DNA of 64,000 nucleotides, taken from the IMG/VR virus record IMGVR_UViG_2740892230_000016; one strand, 5' to 3'. This document shows, one piece after another, positions 9,790 to 22,800 of the stretch. Position numbers and translations under genes: made by a program. Position 1 is the stretch's first letter, and every line of letters begins with the position of its first letter. This DNA is from a virus (lineage: Duplodnaviria > Heunggongvirae > Uroviricota > Caudoviricetes). Under the pieces are notes generated by a model, which made no database searches, was not told where the DNA came from, and saw nothing but the letters and a program-made list of their open reading frames with translations.

Positions 9790-10151
9790 CACTATCAGCT
9801 ATTGAGTTAATGGATCTCAGCGATAAGTTGGATGCTCTGATGTCCAAAGCGGCTACCGCGAGTGGCATGGAGTTGCTGGATATCAGCGATGAAATTGACC
9901 AGATCATGCAACAGATGGGGTACGGCGCGTCCGGCGGCAGTAGTGGCGAGGAAAAACAACCTTCGGAACATGATGGTGTGCCAAAACTGGTAGCTGATTT
10001 CCTGGCTGATAAATTCGTCGATCAGAGCACAGATGCATTTATCGGTACCTTGCAGGACTTGAGTCAATATGTTGGCACATACATCGATCTGGACCAGGTT
10101 AAACAACACACGGCGGCATGGATAGCCGCCAATATTAAAGAGGCAGCATAA
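9786..10151 (+). CDS. ddrA: DdrA-like protein
   Basis: 121 aa; overlaps the darA stop; size and synteny only. Confidence 0.5.
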   Translation: MTLSAIELMDLSDKLDALMSKAATASGMELLDISDEIDQIMQQMGYGASGGSSGEEKQPSEHDGVPKLVADFLADKFVDQSTDAFIGTLQDLSQYVGTYIDLDQVKQHTAAWIAANIKEAA

Positions 10152-10163
10152 GGCGTAACAGGG

Positions 10164-13151
10164 ATGAGCTTAAGCGATCAGGTGGTGATGGCCACCAGCA
10201 TAGAAACGCTGATCGAGCTGCTAAAAAACCTGCCCGATTACGGGCGGGTTTCGTATGTGGTGACAGCGAAGGGAGACGAGGTAAAAACAGCGTTTGATAT
10301 CGTCGATGCCTCAACTCTTTTGGTATCCAATACTCTGGACGGGAAAATTAATCCGGACTATCCCCAGGAACTTCAGCCGCGCGACCGGACCCGCGCATCC
10401 AGCCTTCTTCAGGTTAACCAGATATCCAAGGATTTGCGGCCTGCTCAGCTTACCGATTCCGGTCTATCCAGCCATGGCGCGCCGATAATTGGTGAGGACA
10501 ATGCCGTTGAGTCAGGTAATGGACGGACCATGGGGATCATTAAAGCCTATCAGGACGGCAATGCGGATCGGTATCGGGAGTACCTGATTGAACATGCGAC
10601 CGAATTCGGCATACGACCTGAAAAGGTTGAATCAATGACGGCTCCGGTACTGGTGCGCCGCCGGTTAACGAAGGTTGACCGCGTTCAGTTTGCCAAGGAC
10701 TCAAATATTTCTGATCTTCAGGAAATGGCAGCCAGTGAAAAGGCTTTTGTTGATGCCGACAACATAACTCCGGCGATGATGGCGCTGTTTAACCCGTCAG
10801 AAAGCGGAGATCTGCTTAGCCGCAGTAATGACGCGTTTATTCGCGGATTCATGACGCAAGTTGGTGCCACACAGGCGGCTGGCCTTGTAACTGAAGATGG
10901 GCGACCAACACGGCAACTTGTTGACCGTATACAAAACGCGATCTTTGCCAAGGCATATAAGGATGCGCGCCTGGTAAGGATGGTTGCAGAAGAACCTGAT
11001 CCGGATATGCGTAATGTTCTGACGGCGCTTAATGCGGCAGCCAATGATTTTGTCCAGATGCAGGCTTTATCAGGAGAAGCGCACAAGCAGGCTGTGACAA
11101 CTATTGTTGATGGCATTGAGACAGCGGATAGCCTCGATAAAAAGGCGCTGGCGGCATTGAAAGATGCGGTAGACCTGGTAAGGCAATCGAAGGAGTCAGG
11201 CCAGCATATTACCGATGTTATTGCTCAGGGGGATATGTTCAGCGAAACGGCCCCGGAAGTGAAAGCACTCGCGTTGTTCATCGTCGCGAATAACCGTAGC
11301 GCGAAGCGTATGGCCACCGCCTTTAAGTTGATGGCGCAACGTATCAATGATGAGTTACAGCACCAGGGCCAGGCGCTCGGGGATATGTTTGGCGGCGGCG
11401 ATGTGTCGTTACAGGATATCCTTCGCCAGGTGTCTCAGGAACTGGAATACGAAGGCATGCAAGGGATATCCGGCGGTCTTTTCGAGTCCGTTTCCGGCGG
11501 TAGTTACAACGGTGTTGCTCCGTATACCAGTTTGCTATTACATCGGGCATCCGGCATCAAAGACATTATTCATCTGATCAGGCTGCTTTCCCGCACAGAT
11601 CCCCAGGATGAACAGCTTGTACAAGTGCTTGCGCATTTTGTTCGAATGCCTGTTGCCGACGTGAAAAAATGGTGCCGATTATTCGGTATCAGCAATTCGT
11701 TACTTCGCGGCTTGTTAAATCACGCATCCTCCCTTGGGCGCGATGGCTTTGACGAGATAGCGCAGGCGATAAAAAACGGAGATATGCCACCAGCTATTGA
11801 CTGGTTTTCCATTCGCCCAACCAGGGTGAAAGCATTCCTTAGCGCGGCGCATTCGGCATCACCATTGGCAGAAATGGTTCAGAGGTTGTCGCTCATATTC
11901 ACAGACCATACCGCGTTGGGTGATCTGACTCTGGACGAGATGAAAGAAGCCTCCATTCAGTGGGCCGATCAACAAAATGAGGTTAACTCAGACTTCTTGC
12001 CAGCATTCAGGAAGGCCGTTGGTAAAGCGGATGATGCCCGTGGAATTCTGAAGGCATTTAAGGCATTGCAAAGTCGGGTTAATAAACATGTCGGTGATAT
12101 CGATGGGGTAACGGCGGAAGGCAGGGATATCCTTAAAGAGCACGGCATAACGCCAGAGTTTATTGATGAGATCAGGACGGATATGCAGCGTGAGGTCGTA
12201 TCGTCCCTGCAAATTGTAGCCAGAGCGTTGGCGGATGCTAATCCGAAGAGTGCGGCCATTGTTAACCGGGTTATTGGTGATATTGAAGCATCGGAGGGCA
12301 TGGGGGCGCTGAAACTCTTCCTTTCGCGAGCGTTTAATCCTAACGGCAATATTCTCCCTGGCATTATTGGTGAGGCTAAAAAGTATGTCAGTGAAGAAGA
12401 ACTTGAGCAGCTTGACCAACTACTTAAGCGATTCTCATACAACCCGCAGACACGCTGGCAAATGAATCAGCGAAGTATGGGTTCGGTCCACGAGAAAGTG
12501 TTATCTGCCATGAACAGTGCGATCGCAAACTCATCCGTATCTGAAGAAAAAGCTCTTGAGTGGGCCGACTCTTTTATCACGGAAGAAGTGGAAGAAGCCC
12601 GCGCTGGACAGAATGGTGGGATAGACCTGCGCAAGGAACTTGCTGATATTTATCGCCTGACCGGCGGTAAAATTTCGACCTTATCAAAGGTGGTTCACCA
12701 CAAGGGAAGGGCATATGCAAATCTTAATGGTGTTGTTGCTGTCAATTTGAACGATGAAAATGCAAGTGCACTGTGGCACGAGCTGGGTCATCATCTTGAG
12801 TACAGTAACCCTGGTTTGTTAGAGAAAGCCCGGTCATTCCTGAAGGCCAATGTTGAAGGGGATAAGCCATCTTTCGTTAATATCGGTGGGCGTGGCAAGC
12901 CTGAATGGTGCTTCAGATCTCGATTGAGTAATATTTATATGGCGAAGGTATACCCGCCAGTCTCAGTGAGTAACTCCGGGAAAATTCGGCAGAAATCACC
13001 GACCATTTCCAAAACGTCAGCAACGGAAGTATTCTCTATGGCTCTTCAGTTGTATCATGACAAAGAGGCCGCTGCCGCATCACTGATGAATGGTGACGGA
13101 TTGCTGGAACTGTTATTAGGTGTGGCAAAGGAGCTAAATAATGCAGATTAA
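10164..13151 (+). CDS. ddrB: DdrB-like large antirestriction-associated protein
   Basis: 995 aa (about 109 kDa), matching the recalled size of P1 DdrB; last large gene of the operon. Confidence 0.6.
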   Translation: MSLSDQVVMATSIETLIELLKNLPDYGRVSYVVTAKGDEVKTAFDIVDASTLLVSNTLDGKINPDYPQELQPRDRTRASSLLQVNQISKDLRPAQLTDSGLSSHGAPIIGEDNAVESGNGRTMGIIKAYQDGNADRYREYLIEHATEFGIRPEKVESMTAPVLVRRRLTKVDRVQFAKDSNISDLQEMAASEKAFVDADNITPAMMALFNPSESGDLLSRSNDAFIRGFMTQVGATQAAGLVTEDGRPTRQLVDRIQNAIFAKAYKDARLVRMVAEEPDPDMRNVLTALNAAANDFVQMQALSGEAHKQAVTTIVDGIETADSLDKKALAALKDAVDLVRQSKESGQHITDVIAQGDMFSETAPEVKALALFIVANNRSAKRMATAFKLMAQRINDELQHQGQALGDMFGGGDVSLQDILRQVSQELEYEGMQGISGGLFESVSGGSYNGVAPYTSLLLHRASGIKDIIHLIRLLSRTDPQDEQLVQVLAHFVRMPVADVKKWCRLFGISNSLLRGLLNHASSLGRDGFDEIAQAIKNGDMPPAIDWFSIRPTRVKAFLSAAHSASPLAEMVQRLSLIFTDHTALGDLTLDEMKEASIQWADQQNEVNSDFLPAFRKAVGKADDARGILKAFKALQSRVNKHVGDIDGVTAEGRDILKEHGITPEFIDEIRTDMQREVVSSLQIVARALADANPKSAAIVNRVIGDIEASEGMGALKLFLSRAFNPNGNILPGIIGEAKKYVSEEELEQLDQLLKRFSYNPQTRWQMNQRSMGSVHEKVLSAMNSAIANSSVSEEKALEWADSFITEEVEEARAGQNGGIDLRKELADIYRLTGGKISTLSKVVHHKGRAYANLNGVVAVNLNDENASALWHELGHHLEYSNPGLLEKARSFLKANVEGDKPSFVNIGGRGKPEWCFRSRLSNIYMAKVYPPVSVSNSGKIRQKSPTISKTSATEVFSMALQLYHDKEAAAASLMNGDGLLELLLGVAKELNNAD

Positions 13152-13449
13152 AATCGCAGCGCCATTAGGCGGAGATGCCATTATCGAATTTGATGATAAT
13201 GAAGAAGTTTCCGGGCGTTTAAGCATTATCTCCGGTGACATTACCGAGGACATGATCGCTGAAGCCATAGCTGGAGCAAATCCCAATAGCTATATGGGAT
13301 TCGTTAACACCCTTGATGCTCCCGCAAGTGATGTTCTCCGAACGCTGTATCTTTACGCTGGCTGGTTTGTTGATTGGCCAGCAGTAGATGGTGGCGATGA
13401 GGACGACGACGATGATTTTGGTGATCATATAGACCAGATCATATATTAA
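13141..13449 (+). CDS. Acidic hypothetical protein
   Basis: 102 aa; C-terminal poly-Asp run (DEDDDDDF); overlaps the ddrB stop. Confidence 0.35.
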   Translation: MQIKIAAPLGGDAIIEFDDNEEVSGRLSIISGDITEDMIAEAIAGANPNSYMGFVNTLDAPASDVLRTLYLYAGWFVDWPAVDGGDEDDDDDFGDHIDQIIY

Positions 13450-13451
13450 AG

Positions 13452-13477
13452 AAATCCCGCCAATCGGCGGGATTTTT
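13452..13477. terminator. Rho-independent terminator between convergent operons
   Basis: GC hairpin AAATCCCGCC-AAT-CGGCGGGATTT followed by a T-run. Confidence 0.6.
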
Positions 13478-13480
13478 ACC

Positions 13481-14575
13481 TCACGAGAAGCTCTTTTCTG
13501 ATGTCAGCCAACAGTGCTCGTGCAAATCTCTCGGAGGTTTTTCGACAAATGCCTCTTCAGCCACATCCTGCCAGGGGATTTGTTTAGCCCATTCAGCTAT
13601 AGCGTTATGGTTTGCCGAGAATAACGGTATTGTATAGGCCTTCAGCCAGTCTAATGTGCTGGAGTTGTGTTTTTGAGCGTGATGTTTCGCATGGTGTTTG
13701 GCGATCACGATCGTAGGCACTACCCATTTACTACCGTCAGTCATTGTGAAGTGCATATTACGGGGAACAGATGACTTTTCCATCAACTCCCGAATCCCGG
13801 GAAATTTCCCCAAGATCAATCGGCGATATTCATCGCTATTGCGCCCACCAAACTCTTTGGCTTTGAATTCAAGATATGCTTCAGAAACGAGAGGCGAATC
13901 CTCTGTGTTTAGAGTTATCGCCGTGAAAAAACCAGCAGGATTGTTTTTACTATGGGCCAACCGGTGATGCGAATCATAAAAGTACCCTTTCTCGCGTTCC
14001 GATGGTTTCGACAGCAACAGCAGGCGCGAGTCATAATTGGTTAAATTGCCAGTTATCACTGCATGAGCGCGATCGCTGATTTCCGCCGAGTTAATAACGA
14101 TGAAAAGATCGTGCGGTCCAGTAAAACCAGCCAGAGACACTTCGTTATTCAGACAATAGGTTATATAGACGCATCCCCATGTTTCACTGATATGCACCAA
14201 CCCTTTGTCAGGGTGCATTCTGAAATGATTGCCAAGAAAAGGGTGTTTTTGGGTAACTCGCTCCCAATAACGGAACATATAGTCAATTATTGTTTTTCGA
14301 CTATCGTTAATAGCAGGAGAAACAACCACTGTACGGGAACACGAATACAGTATTGTTTGCAGGATGCTAATCACTGCCACAATAGAGGTTTCCCCAATAC
14401 CATGTGGTGTGGTGGCAGTGACTTTGGCTCCGGTGTTCTTTATCGCGTTAATAATTTTTGCTTGATGAGGTGTTAACTCAATATCAAGCAACTCTTTCGC
14501 TGCCAGTTCCCAATTGTCTTTATACTGTTCTATCAGTGCTAACCAGGCAGATTCATTCTGTATACGATTAATCAC
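13481..14575 (-). CDS. Terminase large subunit (PacB) ATPase-domain paralogue with degenerate Walker motifs; nuclease domain absent
   Basis: Aligns by eye along its length with PacB (33827..35311): HGIGETS vs PacB SGHGTGKS (Walker A Lys lost), FIVINSAE vs YIIDEASG (Walker B DE lost), LLLSKPSEREKGYFYDSHH vs [18 protein letters not shown]; 364 aa vs 494 aa. Confidence 0.6.
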   Translation of the reverse strand: MINRIQNESAWLALIEQYKDNWELAAKELLDIELTPHQAKIINAIKNTGAKVTATTPHGIGETSIVAVISILQTILYSCSRTVVVSPAINDSRKTIIDYMFRYWERVTQKHPFLGNHFRMHPDKGLVHISETWGCVYITYCLNNEVSLAGFTGPHDLFIVINSAEISDRAHAVITGNLTNYDSRLLLLSKPSEREKGYFYDSHHRLAHSKNNPAGFFTAITLNTEDSPLVSEAYLEFKAKEFGGRNSDEYRRLILGKFPGIRELMEKSSVPRNMHFTMTDGSKWVVPTIVIAKHHAKHHAQKHNSSTLDWLKAYTIPLFSANHNAIAEWAKQIPWQDVAEEAFVEKPPRDLHEHCWLTSEKSFS

Positions 14576-15530
14576 TTTCCACCTCTTCCGTGGTGTTTTC
14601 TCGCAGTTCTGTTAATGCAGCACGACACAGGTTCCGGGCTTTGGCTATAGCCACACTTTTTACCTCATCCGTCATTGTGCAGGTAATGTACTGATCGAGT
14701 TCTTCAGCTCGGATGATGCTTTTCCCTATCATAAACTCTATTTGCCAGAGCAGATCGGCATCCATCGCCAGTATTTCAGCCTGGCCTTCTGGGCCTGCGG
14801 GGAAGCAAACATAAGACTGTTTGCCCAGGCCGATAACTCGACAACTTGCTTCAAGAATTGCACGCTTGAGGTCTGACTTTGTAACTGAAACAGGTTGATT
14901 TTCACCTGTGATTACGCCGTTGACATGGACGTGGAAGGGCATGTAGCTTGAAATTCGCTCTACTTTCCATACGCCAGCAAGCGATCCTTCATGCAGCACG
15001 ATGGGGGTAACCGCGAGTTTCATCTCACCATATAACTGCTGGCAGATAACTGGATTACTGAATACATCCAGAGGTTCACACTCAAACAGCGGCGCAATCT
15101 GCATGAGGTCCATCATGGTCATACCAGGGGTACGAGCAGTAATGAATCTGCGCATTCCAGTATCCATTGTGCGCCAGATAGCTACACCATGCTTTTTGCT
15201 CACTTCTTCAGTAAAGCCAAGGTGGCACATGATGGTTTTTTCGATAGCCAGATCAGAGATAGAAACCTTTTCGCCTGGCACTCCATCGTTATTGATGGTC
15301 ACTTCGACACTCTGGCCATTACGTAGGCGGTATTGAATGGTTTTAGTATTTTGTGCTGTCATAGTCTTTTCTCTGCTTAAAAACTGATGTATTGCGCCTT
15401 CAGGTTGGTTAGGAATGTTTTCCCACCAGCGAAAGCAATATCTCGGGGTGTTCTTTTCGTGAAAAGCGCGCGCCATTGCCAACTTTGGCGTTTGTTTGCG
15501 AGTTCGTGCTTTTGTCGGCGTCTGGACCAC
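14568..15530 (-). CDS. Hypothetical protein
   Basis: 320-aa ORF co-oriented with and overlapping the TerL-like gene; no recognisable motif. Confidence 0.4.
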   Translation of the reverse strand: MVQTPTKARTRKQTPKLAMARAFHEKNTPRYCFRWWENIPNQPEGAIHQFLSREKTMTAQNTKTIQYRLRNGQSVEVTINNDGVPGEKVSISDLAIEKTIMCHLGFTEEVSKKHGVAIWRTMDTGMRRFITARTPGMTMMDLMQIAPLFECEPLDVFSNPVICQQLYGEMKLAVTPIVLHEGSLAGVWKVERISSYMPFHVHVNGVITGENQPVSVTKSDLKRAILEASCRVIGLGKQSYVCFPAGPEGQAEILAMDADLLWQIEFMIGKSIIRAEELDQYITCTMTDEVKSVAIAKARNLCRAALTELRENTTEEVESD

Positions 15531-15559
15531 CGCTTTTCTTTCAGTCGTTTTTTACACAT

Positions 15560-16048
15560 TCAAAACGGAATATCGTCGTCAAAGTCCATTGGAGGTTCGT
15601 TATTGGCGTTGCTCTGAGGTTTACCGCCACCACTGTATTGCTGGTGGTTTTGAGGTTGGTTTGATTGCCCCCAGCCATTTGAGGACTGTGAATCGTCACG
15701 GCGAGCGCCGATCATTTGCATGGTGCCGCCCTGGCTGACGATAATTTCCGTCGTGTAACGTTCTACACCGGCGTCATCTGCCCACTTACGGGTTTTAAGT
15801 TTCCCTTCGATGTAGACCTGAGAACCTTTTCGTAAATACTCACTCGCAATTTCAGCAAGTTTTCCGAACAAAACGACTTTATGCCATTCTGTTTGCTCTT
15901 TCTGTTGGCCCGTTTGCTTGTCGCGCCATGATTCATTCGTTGCGATGCTGAGTCTTCCGACCGCGCCGCCATTTGGTATATACCTGATCTCCGGGTCTTG
16001 CCCCAGGGTGCCAATCAGGATGACTTTGTTTACACCGCGTTGTGCCAC
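15560..16048 (-). CDS. ssb: Single-stranded DNA-binding protein
   Basis: OB-fold N-terminus [17 protein letters not shown], Gly/Gln-rich linker and acidic tail MDFDDDIPF typical of SSB. Confidence 0.9.
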   Translation of the reverse strand: MAQRGVNKVILIGTLGQDPEIRYIPNGGAVGRLSIATNESWRDKQTGQQKEQTEWHKVVLFGKLAEIASEYLRKGSQVYIEGKLKTRKWADDAGVERYTTEIIVSQGGTMQMIGARRDDSQSSNGWGQSNQPQNHQQYSGGGKPQSNANNEPPMDFDDDIPF

Positions 16049-16066
16049 TTATCTTACCTAATAAAA

Positions 16067-16083
16067 TAAATTAATTAGAGCAA
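16067..16083. promoter_or_regulatory. C1 repressor operator-like site
   Basis: AAATTAATTAGAGCAAT is the reverse complement of ATTGCTCTAATTAATTT (recalled P1 operator consensus ATTGCTCTAATAAATTT); lies in the divergent ssb/lyz intergenic region. Confidence 0.6.
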
Positions 16084-16217
16084 TAATGTATATCTTTGAA
16101 ACGTAGCTAACAAGTGATTTGCATTATCCTGTGCCTTCTAAAGGGATCGAGTCAGTCGGTATTGGCTGTGAATGGGTGTTTGTCCTGGAGCGTAAAAAAT
16201 TCGCTTATGAGGTCTTT

Positions 16218-16775
16218 ATGAAGGGAAAAACAGCCGCAGGAGGCGGTGCAATTTGCGCTATCGCGGTGATGATTACCATCGTGATGGGTAATGGCAATGT
16301 GCGAACCAACCAGGCGGGGCTTGAGCTGATTGGTAACGCTGAAGGTTGCCGACGTGATCCATACATGTGCCCGGCGGGGGTATGGACTGACGGGATTGGT
16401 AATACACACGGGGTAACGCCGGGTGTGCGAAAAACCGACCAGCAAATCGCCGCTGATTGGGAAAAGAATATCCTGATCGCTGAACGCTGTATTAATCAGC
16501 ACTTCCGGGGCAAAGACATGCCCGATAATGCCTTCAGTGCAATGACAAGCGCGGCATTCAATATGGGATGCAATAGCTTACGGACCTACTACAGCAAAGC
16601 GCGAGGCATGCGAGTAGAAACGTCCATCCACAAGTGGGCGCAGAAAGGGGAGTGGGTGAATATGTGTAACCATCTCCCTGATTTCGTGAACAGTAACGGC
16701 GTGCCCCTGCGAGGTTTAAAGATTCGCCGTGAAAAAGAACGCCAGCTTTGCCTGACGGGGCTGGTCAATGAATAA
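16218..16775 (+). CDS. lyz: SAR endolysin (lysozyme)
   Basis: 185 aa from ATG 16218; N-terminal Gly/Ala-rich weakly hydrophobic segment AAGGGAICAIAVMITIVMG (signal-anchor-release type); lysozyme motif GLELIGNAEGC...GVWTDGIG. Confidence 0.8.
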   Translation: MKGKTAAGGGAICAIAVMITIVMGNGNVRTNQAGLELIGNAEGCRRDPYMCPAGVWTDGIGNTHGVTPGVRKTDQQIAADWEKNILIAERCINQHFRGKDMPDNAFSAMTSAAFNMGCNSLRTYYSKARGMRVETSIHKWAQKGEWVNMCNHLPDFVNSNGVPLRGLKIRREKERQLCLTGLVNE

Positions 16776-17022
16776 ACTCCGGCAGCTCCGCCGACTTTCG
16801 ACAATGAAGTTATCGCTGGCGGCGATAGTTTTCGACTCGATTTTCATGGCGGTATATGTGCTCAATGAGACGTGGCCACTGGAACCGCTATTGTATGCTG
16901 GGCTTCGGCTGTGCCTGACATTTTTGAGCATGGCTGCAAGATTGATGCAGCAGAAAGAAACCGCTTCAGATTGTCCACGCCGCGCGGTGCGCAAATATAT
17001 GGCACGCAGGCGAAGGCGATAA
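16768..17022 (+). CDS. Small basic membrane-associated protein downstream of lyz
   Basis: 84 aa with a hydrophobic core and Arg-rich C-terminus; overlaps the lyz stop. Confidence 0.3.
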   Translation: MNKLRQLRRLSTMKLSLAAIVFDSIFMAVYVLNETWPLEPLLYAGLRLCLTFLSMAARLMQQKETASDCPRRAVRKYMARRRRR

Positions 17023-17035
17023 TAGTTAACGAGAA

Positions 17036-17061
17036 CCCCGGCATCCGCCGGGGTTATTTTT
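17036..17061. terminator. Rho-independent terminator
   Basis: CCCCGG-catccg-CCGGGG hairpin followed by TTATTTTT between convergent genes. Confidence 0.6.
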
Positions 17062-17066
17062 GGTGG

Positions 17067-19797
<2,731 letters not shown>

Positions 19798-19863
19798 TTA
19801 ATTAGAATAATTCACATCGTGTTTGAACGGAATTTAACACTAGTCACTTGTTAAGGATTACCA

Positions 19864-22800
19864 ATGAACAAGCTATCTATGGGGGTGTTTCGCTGTTCAA
19901 GTGTCAGCGAAATATTGAAATACATTAGGGCAATAACATCTCACCGAGCGCCGATTAAATATGGCGTGGAAAAGGTGGAAGGCAAAAGCTATGACCGACT
20001 GCGCCGGGAGGCGAATCAGAAGGCGATAGATTTGCTTAATTCGCTGGTGGACGGCGCGACACTGACAGATGAACAGCGCCAGATCCTGGCTGGGTACACC
20101 GGTGAAGGCGGCATTGGCGGGTCCGTCTCCGAATATTACACACCAAAGCCGATCGCTGAAGGTGTCTGGGAGATCATGAAGCTCTACGGCGCGGACGTAG
20201 GTAACACTCTGGAACCATCGGCGGGAACCGGCGTTTTTAATGAGACAAAACCGGTTGGTACGGTGATGACCGCGACTGAGATCAGCAGTGTTTCCGGTCG
20301 TATAAACCAGTTGTTACACCCGGAAGACAGCGTACAGATTTCCCCGTTCGAACAGCTGGCTGTAAGCACGCCTAACGATTCATTCGACCATGTTGTGGGT
20401 AACGTTCCGTTCGGCGGTCGTGATAACACACGCAACATCGATAAGCCTTACGCAGAAGAAACGGACATGGGTTCTTACTTCATGCTCCGCATGCTGGACA
20501 AAATAAAGCCAGGCGGATTCATGTGTGTGATTGTGCCGCCGTCCATTGTTTCAGGTTCAAACATGAAGCGGTTACGCCTGCGCCTATCCCGTAAAGCTGA
20601 ATTTCTTGGCGCTCACCGCTTGCCTACCGGTACTTTTGACGCAAACGGGACCAGTACAGTCGTTGATGTGGTGCTGATGCGCAAACATCCGGCGGAGATG
20701 GCTGAGAAAATCCCCCTGGTGGATGAAAGCACTCTTGAATCGGCAAATGTGCTTTGGCCAACGTTTATTTCTGGCAAGTGGTTTGAAAAGGACGGTCGCC
20801 GGTTTGTTCATGGTACCCAGGAAAAGGGCTTCCAGGGGCGTATTGAGGTTCGTGCCGACGGGCAGATTGATAACCAGGCTCTTAAAGCGAAGCTGATTCA
20901 TCGTTTCGAAAGTCGTATCGACTGGTCTTTGCTCGATATGGCTGAACCGTCACCGACCGCAGATGTTGTTGATGAAGGGGAAATGCGCCTGATTAATGGC
21001 GTATGGCAAAAATATGCTGGTGGTCGCTGGATTGAAGCTGATGCCGGGAAGGAACTTAAGATCGATGCTGCCAGTTATGGCGCGGATAGCTGGGAGGCTC
21101 TTCAGCGTAACCTGACTACAACAGAAGGCCGTCTCGGCATGACATTTACCCAGATGGCAAATGTCCGCGATAAGTACACCACATCAATCAGCGACGATAT
21201 GGTGCAGCTGGTGGACTGGATTAACAGCCAGCCTGAAAAATACCGTGAACGCTTGTATCGCGGGGCGATGATTGGCCGGATGTTAATTGAATATCAGGAC
21301 ATGAAGGCCGCCGGGCATAGTGCTGAACAAATCGAACAGCAGCGCCTTTCTCTGGTATCCCGTTTGCAGGCAGAGATTGACCGTTTTGGTAACCCCGGTC
21401 GCGGCCCGATAGCGAAATTATCGGGGAGCGGTGCGCGCGCCTGGTTTGCTTTCCGTGGTGCAATTAAGCTGGATGGCACTATTTCTGACGAGCTGGCAGG
21501 AAAGCTGGTTACGCATGATTCCAGCGCAAGTTATGACTCCACCAGCTATCAGGACACCCTGCGTTATCTCTACAGTGATCTCACTCGCGATCCAATCCAG
21601 CTCGATGATTTCCGCCTTGCGTTTACCGGCGAACTGCCAGCCAGTGATGAAGAGTTGCTTAATTTATTGGCCAGCACCCCTGGTATTGCGGTTTCACCGT
21701 ATGGCGGGATTGTTCCGTTCGCCCGCGCCACCAGCGGCGACATTAACGAGATAGTGGCTCCAAAACAGGAATTCCTCGCCACGCTCCCCGACGGTCCAGT
21801 AAAGAACAACGTCCTTAATCAGCTGGCAGCGATCGAAGAGAAGCGCATCAAGACGCCAGCAGAGAATATCCGGTTTAAGCTCAATAGCCGTTGGTTCGAC
21901 CGTTCCGTCATTCTGGAATTTTTGCAGGAAAACGGCTATCCGGATCTGCGCTATGTGCAGTCAGTGCAGCTTGAAGGCGACGAAATGGTTTCTGACACCT
22001 ATCACGGTGGTGATGGTCTGTTCGTCGGGCACCGATACGGTGTCGTCCAGCGCAAGGATAAAGAAACAGGCGAGATCCGCTACGAGTGGGACCGTAAATC
22101 AGGTGAAAACGCGACCGGGTTCCCGGCACAGCTGGAAAAGTATCTCAATGGTGCGCGTATCGGTGGCAAAGATAGCGCGACGGCTAACGGCTACCGCGAG
22201 CAGATGGCACTGCTTGAGGACCAGTTCAATAAGTGGATCAAGACGCACGATCGCTACGATGAGCTGGTTGCCAAATACAACGATGTGTTCAATAGCAATA
22301 TCCCGTATGAACACTCTGGCGATCCGCTTGGGTTGAAGGGATTAAGCGGTAAGCGCCAGCCATTTGATTACCAGAATAGCGAGGTGCGCCGACTGTCCGA
22401 AGATGGGCGCGGCATCCTGGGCTTCGGCACCGGGCTGGGTAAAACCACGACCGCGCTGGCGCTTGAGGCGTTCAACTATGAGAACGGTCGTTCCACCCGT
22501 ACTGCGTATGTAGTGCCTAAATCAGTGCTGGAAAACTGGTATTACGAAGCAAAAGAGTTTCTGAGTGAAGAGGCATTCAGTAACTACCTGTTCGTCGGTC
22601 TTGATGTGCTGATGGATGGCGATCAGATTCGCCAGGTGCCGGTGCTCGATGAGAACGGTAAACCTGTTCTTGGTACTGATGGCACTCCAGTTATGCGCGA
22701 TGCTCTTAAGCTGGCAGATGAAGCCACTATCACGGCGCGGATGAACGCGATCCCGCACTCAAATTACCGTGCAGTCGTGTTTACCAAAGAACAATACGCC

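Noticed and set aside
13481-14575. Possibility that the second terminase-like gene is an assembly duplicate of pacB
   Set aside because: The two are highly diverged at protein level, with different lengths and altered catalytic motifs, so this is a genuine paralogue rather than a duplicated contig.
16119-16217. Upstream extension of the lysozyme ORF (start at 16119)
   Set aside because: The extension overlaps the ssb/lyz promoter-operator region; the ATG at 16218 gives a 185-aa protein that begins at the SAR domain.
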